64,000 bases of DNA from IMG/VR virus record IMGVR_UViG_3300011008_000999; one strand, 5' to 3'. The position numbers and the translations under genes were made by a program. Origin of the DNA: a virus. Taxonomy: Duplodnaviria; Caudoviricetes. A model generated the notes under the pieces. The model was not told where the DNA came from, searched no databases, and saw only the letters and a list, made by a program, of their open reading frames with translations. Positions 36,651-47,300 of this stretch are shown piece after piece (position 1 is the first letter of the stretch; each line of letters opens with the position of its first letter).

Positions 36651-39600
36651 TTACTGTCTTCCACCATTATTTGTAGATTCACCGTAAATTCCTTTAATCA
36701 TACGACGATCTTGATTCATCGCATCCATCTTTTGCTCATCAACAACATAATCTGCTCTAGTAGCTTCAGCTCCATGTGATATAGACTGAGTCTGTGATTC
36801 AATCACACTAGCCATCTGTTGCTGTTGTGCTCTAGCTTCACCTTGTCTTGCTTCAGCTGCTGATACAGCTTCTCTCTGATTAATTACAGAACTCATATCA
36901 GGCTGAGGTCTAGCTTGAGCTGGATTAGTGTACATATTATGTCCTGCATTCTGCTGAGGATTTCTAGCAGGAGCAGCCTGTGGCTGAGGCTGTGCATTTT
37001 GCTGAGGTCTAGCCTGTGGCTGAGGTCTAGCTTGTGGTTGCACAGGAATATCACCAGGAATAGGTCCAACATCAAGATTATTTACTGCATTATTAGATGC
37101 ATTTGATCTTGACTGAGGCTGTGTTGGCGCAGGATTACTGTACATATTAGGTGCAGGTTGTGCCTGAGGTTGAGACTTAGCTTGAGCCTGTTGTTGTGGC
37201 TGAGGTTTAGGCTGCGCCTGTGGCTGAGGCTGTGTTGCATGTGTAGTAGTCTTAGGTGCATTTGCTTCTGCTGCATTAACTACTGCAGACATATTAGGTG
37301 TTTCATTAGAATCTGCTGTAGGAGTTGGAGTAGCACCATTAGATCTATTATTAATTGCACTCTGAAGTTGTTCTTGAACAGAAGCTCTTTCAAGACCTCT
37401 CTTACCTGCATCTGCTTTAGCAGTCTTATACTGATCTTTAACTGCTGCTTTCTGCTTACCATGTTCTTCAGCTTGGCGTTTCATCTCAGTATCAAGTGCG
37501 GCTTTAGCTGCATCATATTTCTCTTGAGTATCAGCTTCTTCAACTCTTGCCTGTAAATGTTCTCTAACATGTGCATCTGCTGAGTGCTTATCACCATCAT
37601 AGTGCTGAGATACTTTATCAACAATATCTCTAACTGCTTGTTTAGCTTCGCTGTCTTTACCTTCAGCTTTCATAATATCTTCGCCATTCTGAAGCTGACT
37701 TAACTGAAGCATAGCGGCTGCTTGAGCTTCAGCTGCTGCTTTATTAAGTTTCTGAGTAGAATCACGACCGATTTTACCTTGTGCTGAAGTATTATTAACT
37801 TCTTTAGACATAGCGGCAATAGCAGTATTAAGAGTTGCTTCCATCTCATCTCTATGTTTCTCGATAGCTGCTTTCTTTGTAGCGTTTTCAATCTTAGAAT
37901 CAAGATCTCCACCTTCAGCTGCATCATAATCAAGACCACGTTTAGCCATAGCTTCTCTAGCTGCACGTTCCTTAATTGCTTCAGTAATCTTACCTTTTTC
38001 AGCTTTGATCTGATTCTTCTTAGCTTCAATCTTAGACTTATAAGCAGCAAGTCTAGCTGCATCTTCAGTAGACATTGTACGCGCTTCTTCGCCTTCTTTA
38101 AGTTTAGCATTTTCTCTCTGAAGGTCTGCTTTCATCTTAAGAAGATCCTGGTAATCTGCATTATTCTCAAGCTCCTCAAGTTCATCTCTATGAGCTCTAC
38201 GATCTGCAACCATTCTTCTTTCTTCTTCTGAAAGTTTAGCATCATCATAAGTATCTTCACCAAATTCATCTTTACCAGTAACAGCATCAGTTACAGTAGT
38301 ATCAATTTCATGGTGAATACCTCTGTCTTCATGATCTGCTTCATTATAAATAGCTGCACGCTTACGTTCAACTTCAAGCTCAGCATTTTCACGAATCTGT
38401 CTAGCAGAATCTGCCTTATTCTTCTGACGATCTTTATTAAGCTTAGTATGCATTCCAATAAGACCTTCATGCTCATTACCTTCTGCAAATACTGCATTTG
38501 CACCAGTATGCATGAGTTTAGATAATGCATCACCACCGTGTTTCTCGTAAATAGGTTGACCATCTGCATCGTATCCAACGATTTTACCATTACCTTTATC
38601 GTAAGCTTCAATACCTTGTCTAGCTTTAGCTTTAGCCCAGTTCTTAGCTGCTCTTCTACCATTAACAAGTTCAGGAGCAATCTGTCTTTCAGTTTGTTCC
38701 ATAATCTGTTTGATCTTCTGAGCAATCATTGGATTAAAGTAAAGTAATAAGATAAGTAAAGCCATAGTAGCTAACAGTGGTAAAATATCAGGTTTGAACA
38801 TTGCACATACTGTATAGATAATAATATCAAAGATAATTGAATATACAGTAATCTCTAAGAATGATACTACTAACATACCAAGAATTGCTTTACCAGTCTT
38901 AACCAATTTCTGATTAGATGTAAGAATTAATGGACCTGCAAGAGTCATTCCTAATAGTGAAATGAACATCTGAATTTTAGCAATTACTACATTAAGTGCA
39001 TACTTAAATAACACAATTGCTAAGAGAATAAGTACAATTGCAAATACAAGTAAGCATAAGAATCTTGGACCACCACCAGGACTAGCAAAAGATCTAGTAG
39101 TATTTTCGATCAATTCTGTTACTGCAGCATTACTAGCATTAGCATTATGTTGTACCTGTAAGTACGTCATTATAGATGACAATTTATTGTGAACTGACTG
39201 TGTATCAGTATCAGGGAAAGTTGCATTAAGACTAGTTTTCTGTGTAGCACTAGAATTAGCAAACCAATAATAATAACCTAAGTTGTCATTAAAGTCATCA
39301 TGCATATCAGCTGAATCTACACCAGCTAAATATGTTGCTGCAACTGATCCACCCGAATCACCAAATTTATCAAATTTAAGTTCATCTACACTTGATACAT
39401 CAAACTGTGAACATAACTGTAAATCAATAAATGCCTTATTGACAAGAGACATTTCGCACATTTGAATAATCTCTGTTTCATGTTCAGCGTCTGTAATATC
39501 AATTTCAAAGGCATGTCCATCACCACCGACTGATAGTGATTCTGCAACGGTGTACATAACTTTACTTGCTAAAGTAGAAATACTTGAACCAAGTGAAGAA

Positions 39601-40475
39601 ATACGACCAGTTAAACACATACCAATAATAATTAAACCGATACCAATAGTACCAAGAATTTCCCAAATACCTTGAGTTTTAGTACCACCTTTTGCCCATT
39701 TAATTGCAAAAGCTGCGATAGTGAAAATCAAAATTAAGATACAAAAACCAGTGAATGCCGATAATTTAAGATGATCTCCATCCCAAATAAAGTTCTTAGT
39801 CATTACATCATTCAAACCATCAAGATTAAGAATATCCATTATGATTTTAAGACTGATATTCTTAGCTCTTACAATAAGGCTAATAATAAGAACTGCAACC
39901 CATGCAAGTCCTTTAACTACCCAATATAATGCACCACCTATCCATTTAGTAAAACCAGTTTTAGTCATAGTTGATGCGTAAAGTCTTAATGATTTTACAT
40001 TACCAGCATTAATCTGTTCTGCAGTAGGAACATTTTCGAAACTATCTGAATCTACACCAGAACCCCAATAAGACGCTGCATCTACACCACCACAAGCAGC
40101 GCCATATCCAGGATTAGTTCCACCTGCATCAGTACCATCTTCTGCATAATATCCTTCCCAACCATCTCTATACTCTTCATCTTCATCATCATAAATCTGA
40201 GCATAAGGAAATTCGCCATGATACCATACTAATGATCTAGTAGTTCCGTATAAAACATCCATACTAACCATACTTATAGTAGCAGTAGATGAATCATAAG
40301 GATATGTATCAATTTTAGAAGCATCAATAGAATTTGAATAATCTTCCCAATTCGAGTCTGCTTCATGGAAACTAACTGAAGCATTAGCTGCTTTAAATGT
40401 AAAGAGGACACCAATTAGTAATATTACAGCTAATGATATAATTGGCAAAAGATTTTGTCTTATTGCTTTATTCAT
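36651..40475 (-). CDS. VirB6/TcpH-like polytopic conjugation membrane protein with long coiled-coil and Gln/Pro tail
   Basis: signal peptide, about 7-8 TMs in two clusters, long charged cytoplasmic tail, conjugation gene context. Confidence 0.6.
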   Translation of the reverse strand: MNKAIRQNLLPIISLAVILLIGVLFTFKAANASVSFHEADSNWEDYSNSIDASKIDTYPYDSSTATISMVSMDVLYGTTRSLVWYHGEFPYAQIYDDEDEEYRDGWEGYYAEDGTDAGGTNPGYGAACGGVDAASYWGSGVDSDSFENVPTAEQINAGNVKSLRLYASTMTKTGFTKWIGGALYWVVKGLAWVAVLIISLIVRAKNISLKIIMDILNLDGLNDVMTKNFIWDGDHLKLSAFTGFCILILIFTIAAFAIKWAKGGTKTQGIWEILGTIGIGLIIIGMCLTGRISSLGSSISTLASKVMYTVAESLSVGGDGHAFEIDITDAEHETEIIQMCEMSLVNKAFIDLQLCSQFDVSSVDELKFDKFGDSGGSVAATYLAGVDSADMHDDFNDNLGYYYWFANSSATQKTSLNATFPDTDTQSVHNKLSSIMTYLQVQHNANASNAAVTELIENTTRSFASPGGGPRFLCLLVFAIVLILLAIVLFKYALNVVIAKIQMFISLLGMTLAGPLILTSNQKLVKTGKAILGMLVVSFLEITVYSIIFDIIIYTVCAMFKPDILPLLATMALLILLLYFNPMIAQKIKQIMEQTERQIAPELVNGRRAAKNWAKAKARQGIEAYDKGNGKIVGYDADGQPIYEKHGGDALSKLMHTGANAVFAEGNEHEGLIGMHTKLNKDRQKNKADSARQIRENAELEVERKRAAIYNEADHEDRGIHHEIDTTVTDAVTGKDEFGEDTYDDAKLSEEERRMVADRRAHRDELEELENNADYQDLLKMKADLQRENAKLKEGEEARTMSTEDAARLAAYKSKIEAKKNQIKAEKGKITEAIKERAAREAMAKRGLDYDAAEGGDLDSKIENATKKAAIEKHRDEMEATLNTAIAAMSKEVNNTSAQGKIGRDSTQKLNKAAAEAQAAAMLQLSQLQNGEDIMKAEGKDSEAKQAVRDIVDKVSQHYDGDKHSADAHVREHLQARVEEADTQEKYDAAKAALDTEMKRQAEEHGKQKAAVKDQYKTAKADAGKRGLERASVQEQLQSAINNRSNGATPTPTADSNETPNMSAVVNAAEANAPKTTTHATQPQPQAQPKPQPQQQAQAKSQPQAQPAPNMYSNPAPTQPQSRSNASNNAVNNLDVGPIPGDIPVQPQARPQPQARPQQNAQPQPQAAPARNPQQNAGHNMYTNPAQARPQPDMSSVINQREAVSAAEARQGEARAQQQQMASVIESQTQSISHGAEATRADYVVDEQKMDAMNQDRRMIKGIYGESTNNGGRQ

Positions 40476-40492
40476 TTACTAATTTTCCTCCT

Positions 40493-41035
40493 TTATCCAG
40501 CATTATCTCCATTCTGTATTGATTCCCATTCTTCTATTGATACGCATCTTAAGAAACTATGCATACTCTTTGGATCATAAGTACAAATATATCTAAGCTT
40601 TGCACCATCAGCGTATGAGACATCAATATAAACATGTGATTCATCAGTTATGTCAGCTATTTCTTCTAATATAACTTTTCCATGATCTTCGACATCGTAT
40701 TTAGTACGATTATCTAATTTAGTAACCATTGCAGATTTATCTGCTGACTGTTCTGGTGTTAATCTCTCGATATGATTGATATTAACATCATTAATAGTCA
40801 AAATCTTATTTTCAACAGGAGTTGGTTCTTCAATTGGTTCTTCCTCCTGTTCATGTGTTTCATTATATGCATAATTATGCTCTTGTTCAACCGGAGTTTC
40901 TTCTTCCGGTTTAGGCCTAAATATTGCAATTAAAATTAGAGTGATTACAAAAACAGAAAGAAGAATACTCAATAGAATAATCCTCGCTTTTTTACTCATT
41001 GCTATATTCTCCTTTACATATTTGCTATCCAGCAA
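40493..41035 (-). CDS. single-TM extracytoplasmic protein
   Basis: N-terminal TM. Confidence 0.7.
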   Translation of the reverse strand: MLDSKYVKENIAMSKKARIILLSILLSVFVITLILIAIFRPKPEEETPVEQEHNYAYNETHEQEEEPIEEPTPVENKILTINDVNINHIERLTPEQSADKSAMVTKLDNRTKYDVEDHGKVILEEIADITDESHVYIDVSYADGAKLRYICTYDPKSMHSFLRCVSIEEWESIQNGDNAG

Positions 41036-42384
41036 ATTCTTAAAATTTTTAATCCGCCTGCAGAATTAGATCCGGAATTAAGAAGTGTATTTAATTCAGA
41101 AGCTTTCCAAGCAAATGTATCTGAAATAGGTCCTTCAAAACCACCAGCTAATCCCATAGCAGAGTCGATTATATACCATTCACCACCATCATATTTGGTG
41201 AGTAATACTGCATGCTGTCCGTCACCATAATCAAAGTACATTAAGATTCCGGCTTCTGCACAAACTGCACTATTACTAAAGAGATCTTTAATATAATCTC
41301 CAGTAATTGCAGAACCTTCAGCAGTAGTTTCCTGACATACCATATCTGCTACAGTAGTTGTACCAGTCCAATAAACAGCCCAAGATGAACCGGGAGCTCT
41401 ATTAGCTACCGATAAATCGAAAACCCAATTTTCATTTGCACTATTATCGGCATAAAAATCACTAGTCATTTCGTAAGATTCATAATCAATTGAATCATCA
41501 CGTAAATAACCCCAATTAGACATTGTCCAACTACTTATACCATTCTTTAATGCAAATTTACAAGCACCATTAGGTTTATTTCTATTTGCAGGTTTAATAA
41601 GACTAGTAGTTCTGACAGTTGTAGTACCATTAATACAGTGTCTAATAGTCGTAGGAGTAGCTAAATGATCTGTTACTAATACTTGACCTGGAGGACTATA
41701 TTGTCCGTCTTCTTTCCATAAATAATCAAAGAAGTTAAGATCTTTCATAGTATAATAACGCATCATCATATTAGCAGTAGCGCAGTCAGTGCATGGACCA
41801 GAACCATCTTGAATGATGTAATGTCCATTCAATTCTTCAAGTTCGAACAGACCTTTATCACCACAATATTGCTGATATACTGCAGTTTTCTTTAATGAAC
41901 CATCTGCTTCAGTATCACAATAATAATGCGGTGTAGGAGTTGCAGCTTGAGCTACACTAATAATGAATATCGTAGCAAATGAACCAACTAATACTACAGC
42001 TGATGCAATAGCTAATGGATATGCATGTGCAGCGATCCAAGATGCCATTTTCTGCAATTTGAGAAAAAGTTCCTTTAATTTCTTATAAAAGTCAGTACCC
42101 TTAAATTTTTGACCTGCTTTATTGCCTAATAATTGTGCTTTAGCTTTAAGACCTTTAGCGTTGGCTAAATCTTTACCGAGTGCAGCTGCGCCTTTAATTG
42201 GTTTAGCGGCATTATCAATACCTTGTTTAATTTGTCTTCCAGTATGTGCAACACTGTCTCCGGCAAATTTGCCTTTTTGTTTTATTCCATCGGCAGCATT
42301 CTTTGAAATATTATTGACACGTCTTTCAACGGTCTTGGCAAATCTCTGCCCCCATTTATCAGCGCCACCATCTTTAAGTCCCAT
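41014..42384 (-). CDS. membrane-anchored papain-like (C39-like) peptidase
   Basis: Q-x(5)-C (QDGSGPC), QHAVLL, YIIDS give a Cys-His-Asp triad. Confidence 0.65.
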   Translation of the reverse strand: MGLKDGGADKWGQRFAKTVERRVNNISKNAADGIKQKGKFAGDSVAHTGRQIKQGIDNAAKPIKGAAALGKDLANAKGLKAKAQLLGNKAGQKFKGTDFYKKLKELFLKLQKMASWIAAHAYPLAIASAVVLVGSFATIFIISVAQAATPTPHYYCDTEADGSLKKTAVYQQYCGDKGLFELEELNGHYIIQDGSGPCTDCATANMMMRYYTMKDLNFFDYLWKEDGQYSPPGQVLVTDHLATPTTIRHCINGTTTVRTTSLIKPANRNKPNGACKFALKNGISSWTMSNWGYLRDDSIDYESYEMTSDFYADNSANENWVFDLSVANRAPGSSWAVYWTGTTTVADMVCQETTAEGSAITGDYIKDLFSNSAVCAEAGILMYFDYGDGQHAVLLTKYDGGEWYIIDSAMGLAGGFEGPISDTFAWKASELNTLLNSGSNSAGGLKILRICWIANM

Positions 42385-42389
42385 AGGAC

Positions 42390-42692
42390 TTACTCCTCGC
42401 CTCTAAGAACTGATAAAATACTGTCCTGCTGCTTCTTATTAAGACCAGCTGAGAGTGAAGAGATAAATCCCTTAATTTTCTCCTGATTAGCCTTAATAGA
42501 AAATTCAGTATTATTCTTGTCGACTGTTCCAGATATATCAATATAATTGATACCTTTTTCCTGTCTTACTGCAATAGCTGCATTGTCGAGAACGTGGCAA
42601 CATCTTTTCTTACCAACATTCTCGTCAGATGCACGACATAAACTACAGCCGCCATCTTTGCGAGTACGCATCATTGCTGTCATTGTAATCAC
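42390..42692 (-). CDS. Cys-rich hypothetical protein
   Basis: CSLCRA...RCCH. Confidence 0.65.
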   Translation of the reverse strand: MITMTAMMRTRKDGGCSLCRASDENVGKKRCCHVLDNAAIAVRQEKGINYIDISGTVDKNNTEFSIKANQEKIKGFISSLSAGLNKKQQDSILSVLRGEE

Positions 42693-42704
42693 CTCCTATA
42701 TTAT

Positions 42705-44039
42705 TTACATAAATTCTTTAATTACCCAAGTTCCACCATTTTGTTCAACTAACATATAAGTTTCAAGTTTATACTTAAATCCAGTTGAAGTGATAATTGA
42801 ATACTCAACATATACATTATATCCTAACTGGTTAGGCTCAGTATATGCGCTAAACTTATTTATTTCTACAAACTGTGCGTTGTAGTTATTAAACTGACGG
42901 AAGTTCTGGAAATCCTGTGATGTGTCCATTGTACCATCATAAAGCGCTTTAAGAGTATTATTTACCTTAGTGCGCATCTTAGCTTCAGTATCTTCATCTA
43001 CTTTCTTCTCTTCATCAAATGCAAATACTGGATCTATAGTGATTTCATCAAAATTAGTCATATCAGTTTCAACTAATGAGTAAAGATTCATATTACCAAC
43101 AACTGCATAACCAGTAGTAACAACAGTTACACCATCAGCATCATACTGATATGCAAGTTTAACTGGTACATAGAAACTATATCTCTCACGAATAATATCA
43201 CCAGACTGCATAACTATTCCGTTTGCTGTCATATAATAATGTTTAGTTTCACCAGTTTTAGTTGTCTGATAATCAATAGATGTATTAGGAATATCAGAAG
43301 GCTCTTCTTCCTCAACTTCTACTTCCTGTTCTACCTGTTTGATAACTGGATTACCATCTTCATCTAAAATTGGATTACCATCTTCATCAGTCTCAGGTAC
43401 TGGATTACCGTCTTCATCTAACAAATCAACCATAACTGTTTCAGTTTCTGTCTGTGGTTTAGTTGATTCTGTAGTTGTATTTAAGTCTGCACCAAATCCA
43501 CTTCTCTTTAACTGTTCAAGAATGTTAGGATCAGTAATCATAACATCATTCTTAGTAGTAACAATATCTACTGAGAAATAAACTTGTGCTAAAGTAGGAC
43601 TAAGTTTTCTTACCTTAAAGATATAGCAAGAATCCTGATCTACTTCTACAGACTGAATATCTTTACCCTGATTTGCTTTATTATCATTATAGTATTTCTT
43701 AAATAAAGTAGCACAATTATCTCGAATATAACCATCAAGACCTTCACTAGGATAAATATCTGTATATCTAGCTTGTCCTATTGCGTTATATACATCGTCC
43801 ATTGTCAAACCTTTTTTGAAGAAAGTATTGTAGGTACCAAATGTAATTAAAATACCTGCAATTACTACAATAATCAAAATAATTATGACTTTATTTACTT
43901 TTTGCTTACTATGTAAAGCTTGTATTTTTCTCTGTCTTTCTAAAATTTGCTGCTGAATTTCAGCTTCTTGTTCACGCTCTTTTTGCGCGCGTTCTTCTTC
44001 AAGCTGCTCAGGCGTTTTTCCTAATACTACCTTTGGCAT
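42705..44039 (-). CDS. TcpC/VirB8-like conjugal transfer protein
   Basis: cytoplasmic coiled coil, TM, two NTF2-like segments ending YMLVEQNGGTWVIK. Confidence 0.55.
   Translation of the reverse strand: MPKVVLGKTPEQLEEERAQKEREQEAEIQQQILERQRKIQALHSKQKVNKVIIILIIVVIAGILITFGTYNTFFKKGLTMDDVYNAIGQARYTDIYPSEGLDGYIRDNCATLFKKYYNDNKANQGKDIQSVEVDQDSCYIFKVRKLSPTLAQVYFSVDIVTTKNDVMITDPNILEQLKRSGFGADLNTTTESTKPQTETETVMVDLLDEDGNPVPETDEDGNPILDEDGNPVIKQVEQEVEVEEEEPSDIPNTSIDYQTTKTGETKHYYMTANGIVMQSGDIIRERYSFYVPVKLAYQYDADGVTVVTTGYAVVGNMNLYSLVETDMTNFDEITIDPVFAFDEEKKVDEDTEAKMRTKVNNTLKALYDGTMDTSQDFQNFRQFNNYNAQFVEINKFSAYTEPNQLGYNVYVEYSIITSTGFKYKLETYMLVEQNGGTWVIKEFM
43347..43419 (-). repeat. 3x DEDGNP coding repeat
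   Basis: GATGAAGA(C/T)GGTAATCCA three times. Confidence 0.9.
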
Positions 44040-44162
44040 TTTGTAATTTCCTCCTGTTATAGAATATCAGTTATAGAATATCGACTAGTTAGTCTATCCA
44101 ACTAGTCGTTGGATTTGACGTTTTTGTATATAAATTAAATAGCTCTTCATAAATGTATTCTA

Positions 44163-44191
44163 TTTACTTCATAGAGGATTTCTGTTATAAT
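44163..44191 (+). promoter_or_regulatory. plus-strand sigma-A promoter with no downstream ORF
   Basis: CTA-TTTACT-17 nt-TATAAT with extended TG. Confidence 0.65.
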
Positions 44192-44256
44192 AAATATAGA
44201 AACTATAATACTCGTAATTAAAGTTCCTTCTGAGTCAATCTGGTTAATTGTAGATA

Positions 44257-44302
44257 TAAAAAAGGAAACCCGATAGAGGTTTTTATTCCTCTACCGGGTT
44301 TC
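44257..44302. terminator. intrinsic terminator of the giant adhesin gene
   Basis: GAAACCCG.TAGAGG...CCTCTA.CGGGTTTC with U-tract on the minus strand. Confidence 0.8.
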
Positions 44303-44339
44303 GTCATAAGATGAGTTTGAGAACTAAAACAGTTCTATA

Positions 44340-47300
44340 TTAGAATCCAGAGTCGTTGTGACCATCGCCATCAATTTCCTCTGTCATCATACCAGTAATT
44401 GCATCCTCAACTGCTTCCTCATCCATCTCCTCTACATTATCTGTAGTATCATCGACGTCTGTTACTACCTTCTTTCTCTTGGTCGCGAAGAAAGCTCCAA
44501 CGCAAAGTAAACCAATGAGTGCAAGGATCGTAATAGGAAGTATAGGCAAGTTATCGCCAGTCTTAGGTGGAATGATTATAATCTTATCGAACATCTTAAG
44601 ATTAATTGCACATACACCATCAGATTCACGAGACATATCATTATCTGTGAATGTAGTCTTAGTGTTAGTAGCTCCATCGTAGTATGCAGTTCCCTTAATA
44701 GGAATTACATCCTCACAAAGCTTATATCCGAAAGGTGCTTTGGTTTCCTTAGCATAGAAGAGCTGGTTCTCATCATAAGTAATAATTATGAATTCTACCT
44801 CACCCTTTTCGTTAGTCTTACCAACGCAATCATTACCATTAATATCCTTTGCCAACTGTGTGCACTTTTCGTCTACATAGATTGAAATCTCTGCATTCTT
44901 AAGTACATATACGTGGTTATCAAAGTCAGACTTAACGAGCTTAACATGAAGTTTCATGACTGTATCGAATGTCTGGTTCTCATCATTAATATCAGAGTGT
45001 GTTCCAACTCTTACCTTCTCGAGATAAAGATCCTCGAATACAACTACTCTTCTACCTGCAGTAAGTGCTGCATTGAACTCAAACTTAACTTCTACAGTAC
45101 CAGAAGCTAATCCATCTTTGATGGTTGAGTTAGATTCGTCAGGTTTGAATGTTGTACTAGCTGTAATCTTGTTACCATTAGCATCCTTTACGTACTCATA
45201 ATCCTTACTATCACCATAATCTCTCTTGAATACGAGTGTACCAGTTACGGTATACTCTTTTCCAGGAATGAGATTCTCGTAAGTTACAGTATCAATAATA
45301 GTCTGTGTCTTGGTACCATCAAGTTGTACATTAGTATTTCCATTTGCATCCTTGACAGTAGTTCTAATCTTAGGACAATAAATTGTCTGATCTTCGTCCT
45401 CGATATCTTTGTGTTCAGCTACGGCTTCCTTATTTGCAGTACCATCTTTCTTAGCACCAACATATAAGCATTCTTCGAATACTACTAATGTTTTGCCTTC
45501 AAGTCCTGTGGTATCGAGTGTGAAGATAACTTCAACTTTACCAGAAGATTCAGCAGGTAAGAATCTGGTTGTAGCTGTAACAGCCTTACCATCTTTATCT
45601 GTGATTGCTTTTCCGGTTGCCTTGTCCATAATAGTACCAGACATCTCGTACCATACACCAGGAAGTAACTTGTTATATTCAACAACATCAATAAGCTGTG
45701 CTGTCTCGCTATAAGGTACTACCTTTTCACGATACTCAGCATTACCATCTGTTGCTTTTACATAACCGTTTGCTGTGGTACCAATTTCAGGAACGAACAT
45801 CCACTGCCACTGGTCGTCAATCTCTGCATGTGTTGCTACTTTAATTTCACCATATTTGCAATCCTCAAATGCAACTACGTGAGTTCCTTTGAGTGCGGTA
45901 GAATCAAAAGTAAATACAAGATCTACGTTACCAGATGCAATTAATTTACCATTACTAATAGATACCTGAGTATCAGGTAATGTATTAGGAGTAAATGTCT
46001 TTGTAGCAGTAACTCTAACGTCCTCGCCATTAGCATCTTTTACTAAAATAGGTTCTCCAGTATCAACGTTTACAAGGTAACCTTCGATTGTATATTCCTT
46101 ATCTGCCTGCAAACTTACGAATGTAACAGTATCGGTAATAGTCTCGGTAGTATTCCAACGTGATACGTGATCACCAATAACAGTGTCAGTCAAGTGTGTG
46201 AAGATTCTAGGAACAAGAATTGTCTGATCTTCATCCTCGATATCTGCATGAACTGCGTATACACGACTGTTCTCTTCATCAGAGATGCATCTTTCGAATG
46301 CAACGATCTGTGTACTCTTGGTAACATTGATCTTCTCTTCATCAGAGATACCACGCTCTGCACGAGCTTCTTCTCCAGTGTATTCATTTGTAATAACTCT
46401 AGTATCGTCATTACCAGATACATCTGTAGGCTCTACGACAAGATTTCCATCTACATCCACTTCAGGAGCAGTACCAGTATCGGTTACTGTTCTATTAATG
46501 TTGAGATGATCTTTGTCGAGATATTCGTCAAAATCGTGTAACTGATCTGCAGGAATTGTGAATGAAATTTCTACATAACCTTCACCAGTTTCAGAAGCAG
46601 TAAAGCTCTTATCCTCAGTGATCTTAGTGAGAACTGTATTTCCTTCATCATCAGTAGATGTTAAGTAATAAGGTTCACCAGTAGTCTTGTTCATCAATAC
46701 ACACTGCATAATATAGTTCTTACCAGGAACAAGTCCCTTGTAGTGTATAGTATCAATAACAGTAGCATCTTCCTCAAGAGGAACCACATGAGTTTCAGTA
46801 TGAGATTCAATGAACTCAGTATGAAGCTCAGGGATAACGATGGTCTGCTCTTCATCTGTAATGTCATTATGATATGCATAGCAATCATTAGGAACAGCTA
46901 CAGATTCGTCAGGAACATAAGTGTTATTTGTACCAAGAAGCATGTACTCATAAACTACAAATGTACCACCATTACGTGCATCTGTCTTGTTGAGTTTGAG
47001 ATCTATATCGAGCTCACTATCAACTGCGATTACGTCTACACAACCATCTTTTCCACATTCGCACTTATACTCAGCAGCTGCACCAGTAGCTACGCCAGCA
47101 GGTGAGTGATATGGAGTATACTGTACAAACTTAGATCCATCTGTAAGGTTAGTAACAGCCTTACCAGTATCTTTGTTTACTACAATAGTAACTAATGTGT
47201 AATCAGTGTCAGGTGTAATCTTGTTCATGCTTACAGTATCTTTAATCTTCCAATCGTAGTTCTCAAGATCAGAAGCATTGAGATACCATTCATCACTAGT

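Noticed and set aside
36890-37240. Gln/Pro DNA repeats here and at about 60440-60660 and 63610-63930
   Set aside because: Explained as low-complexity coding linkers.
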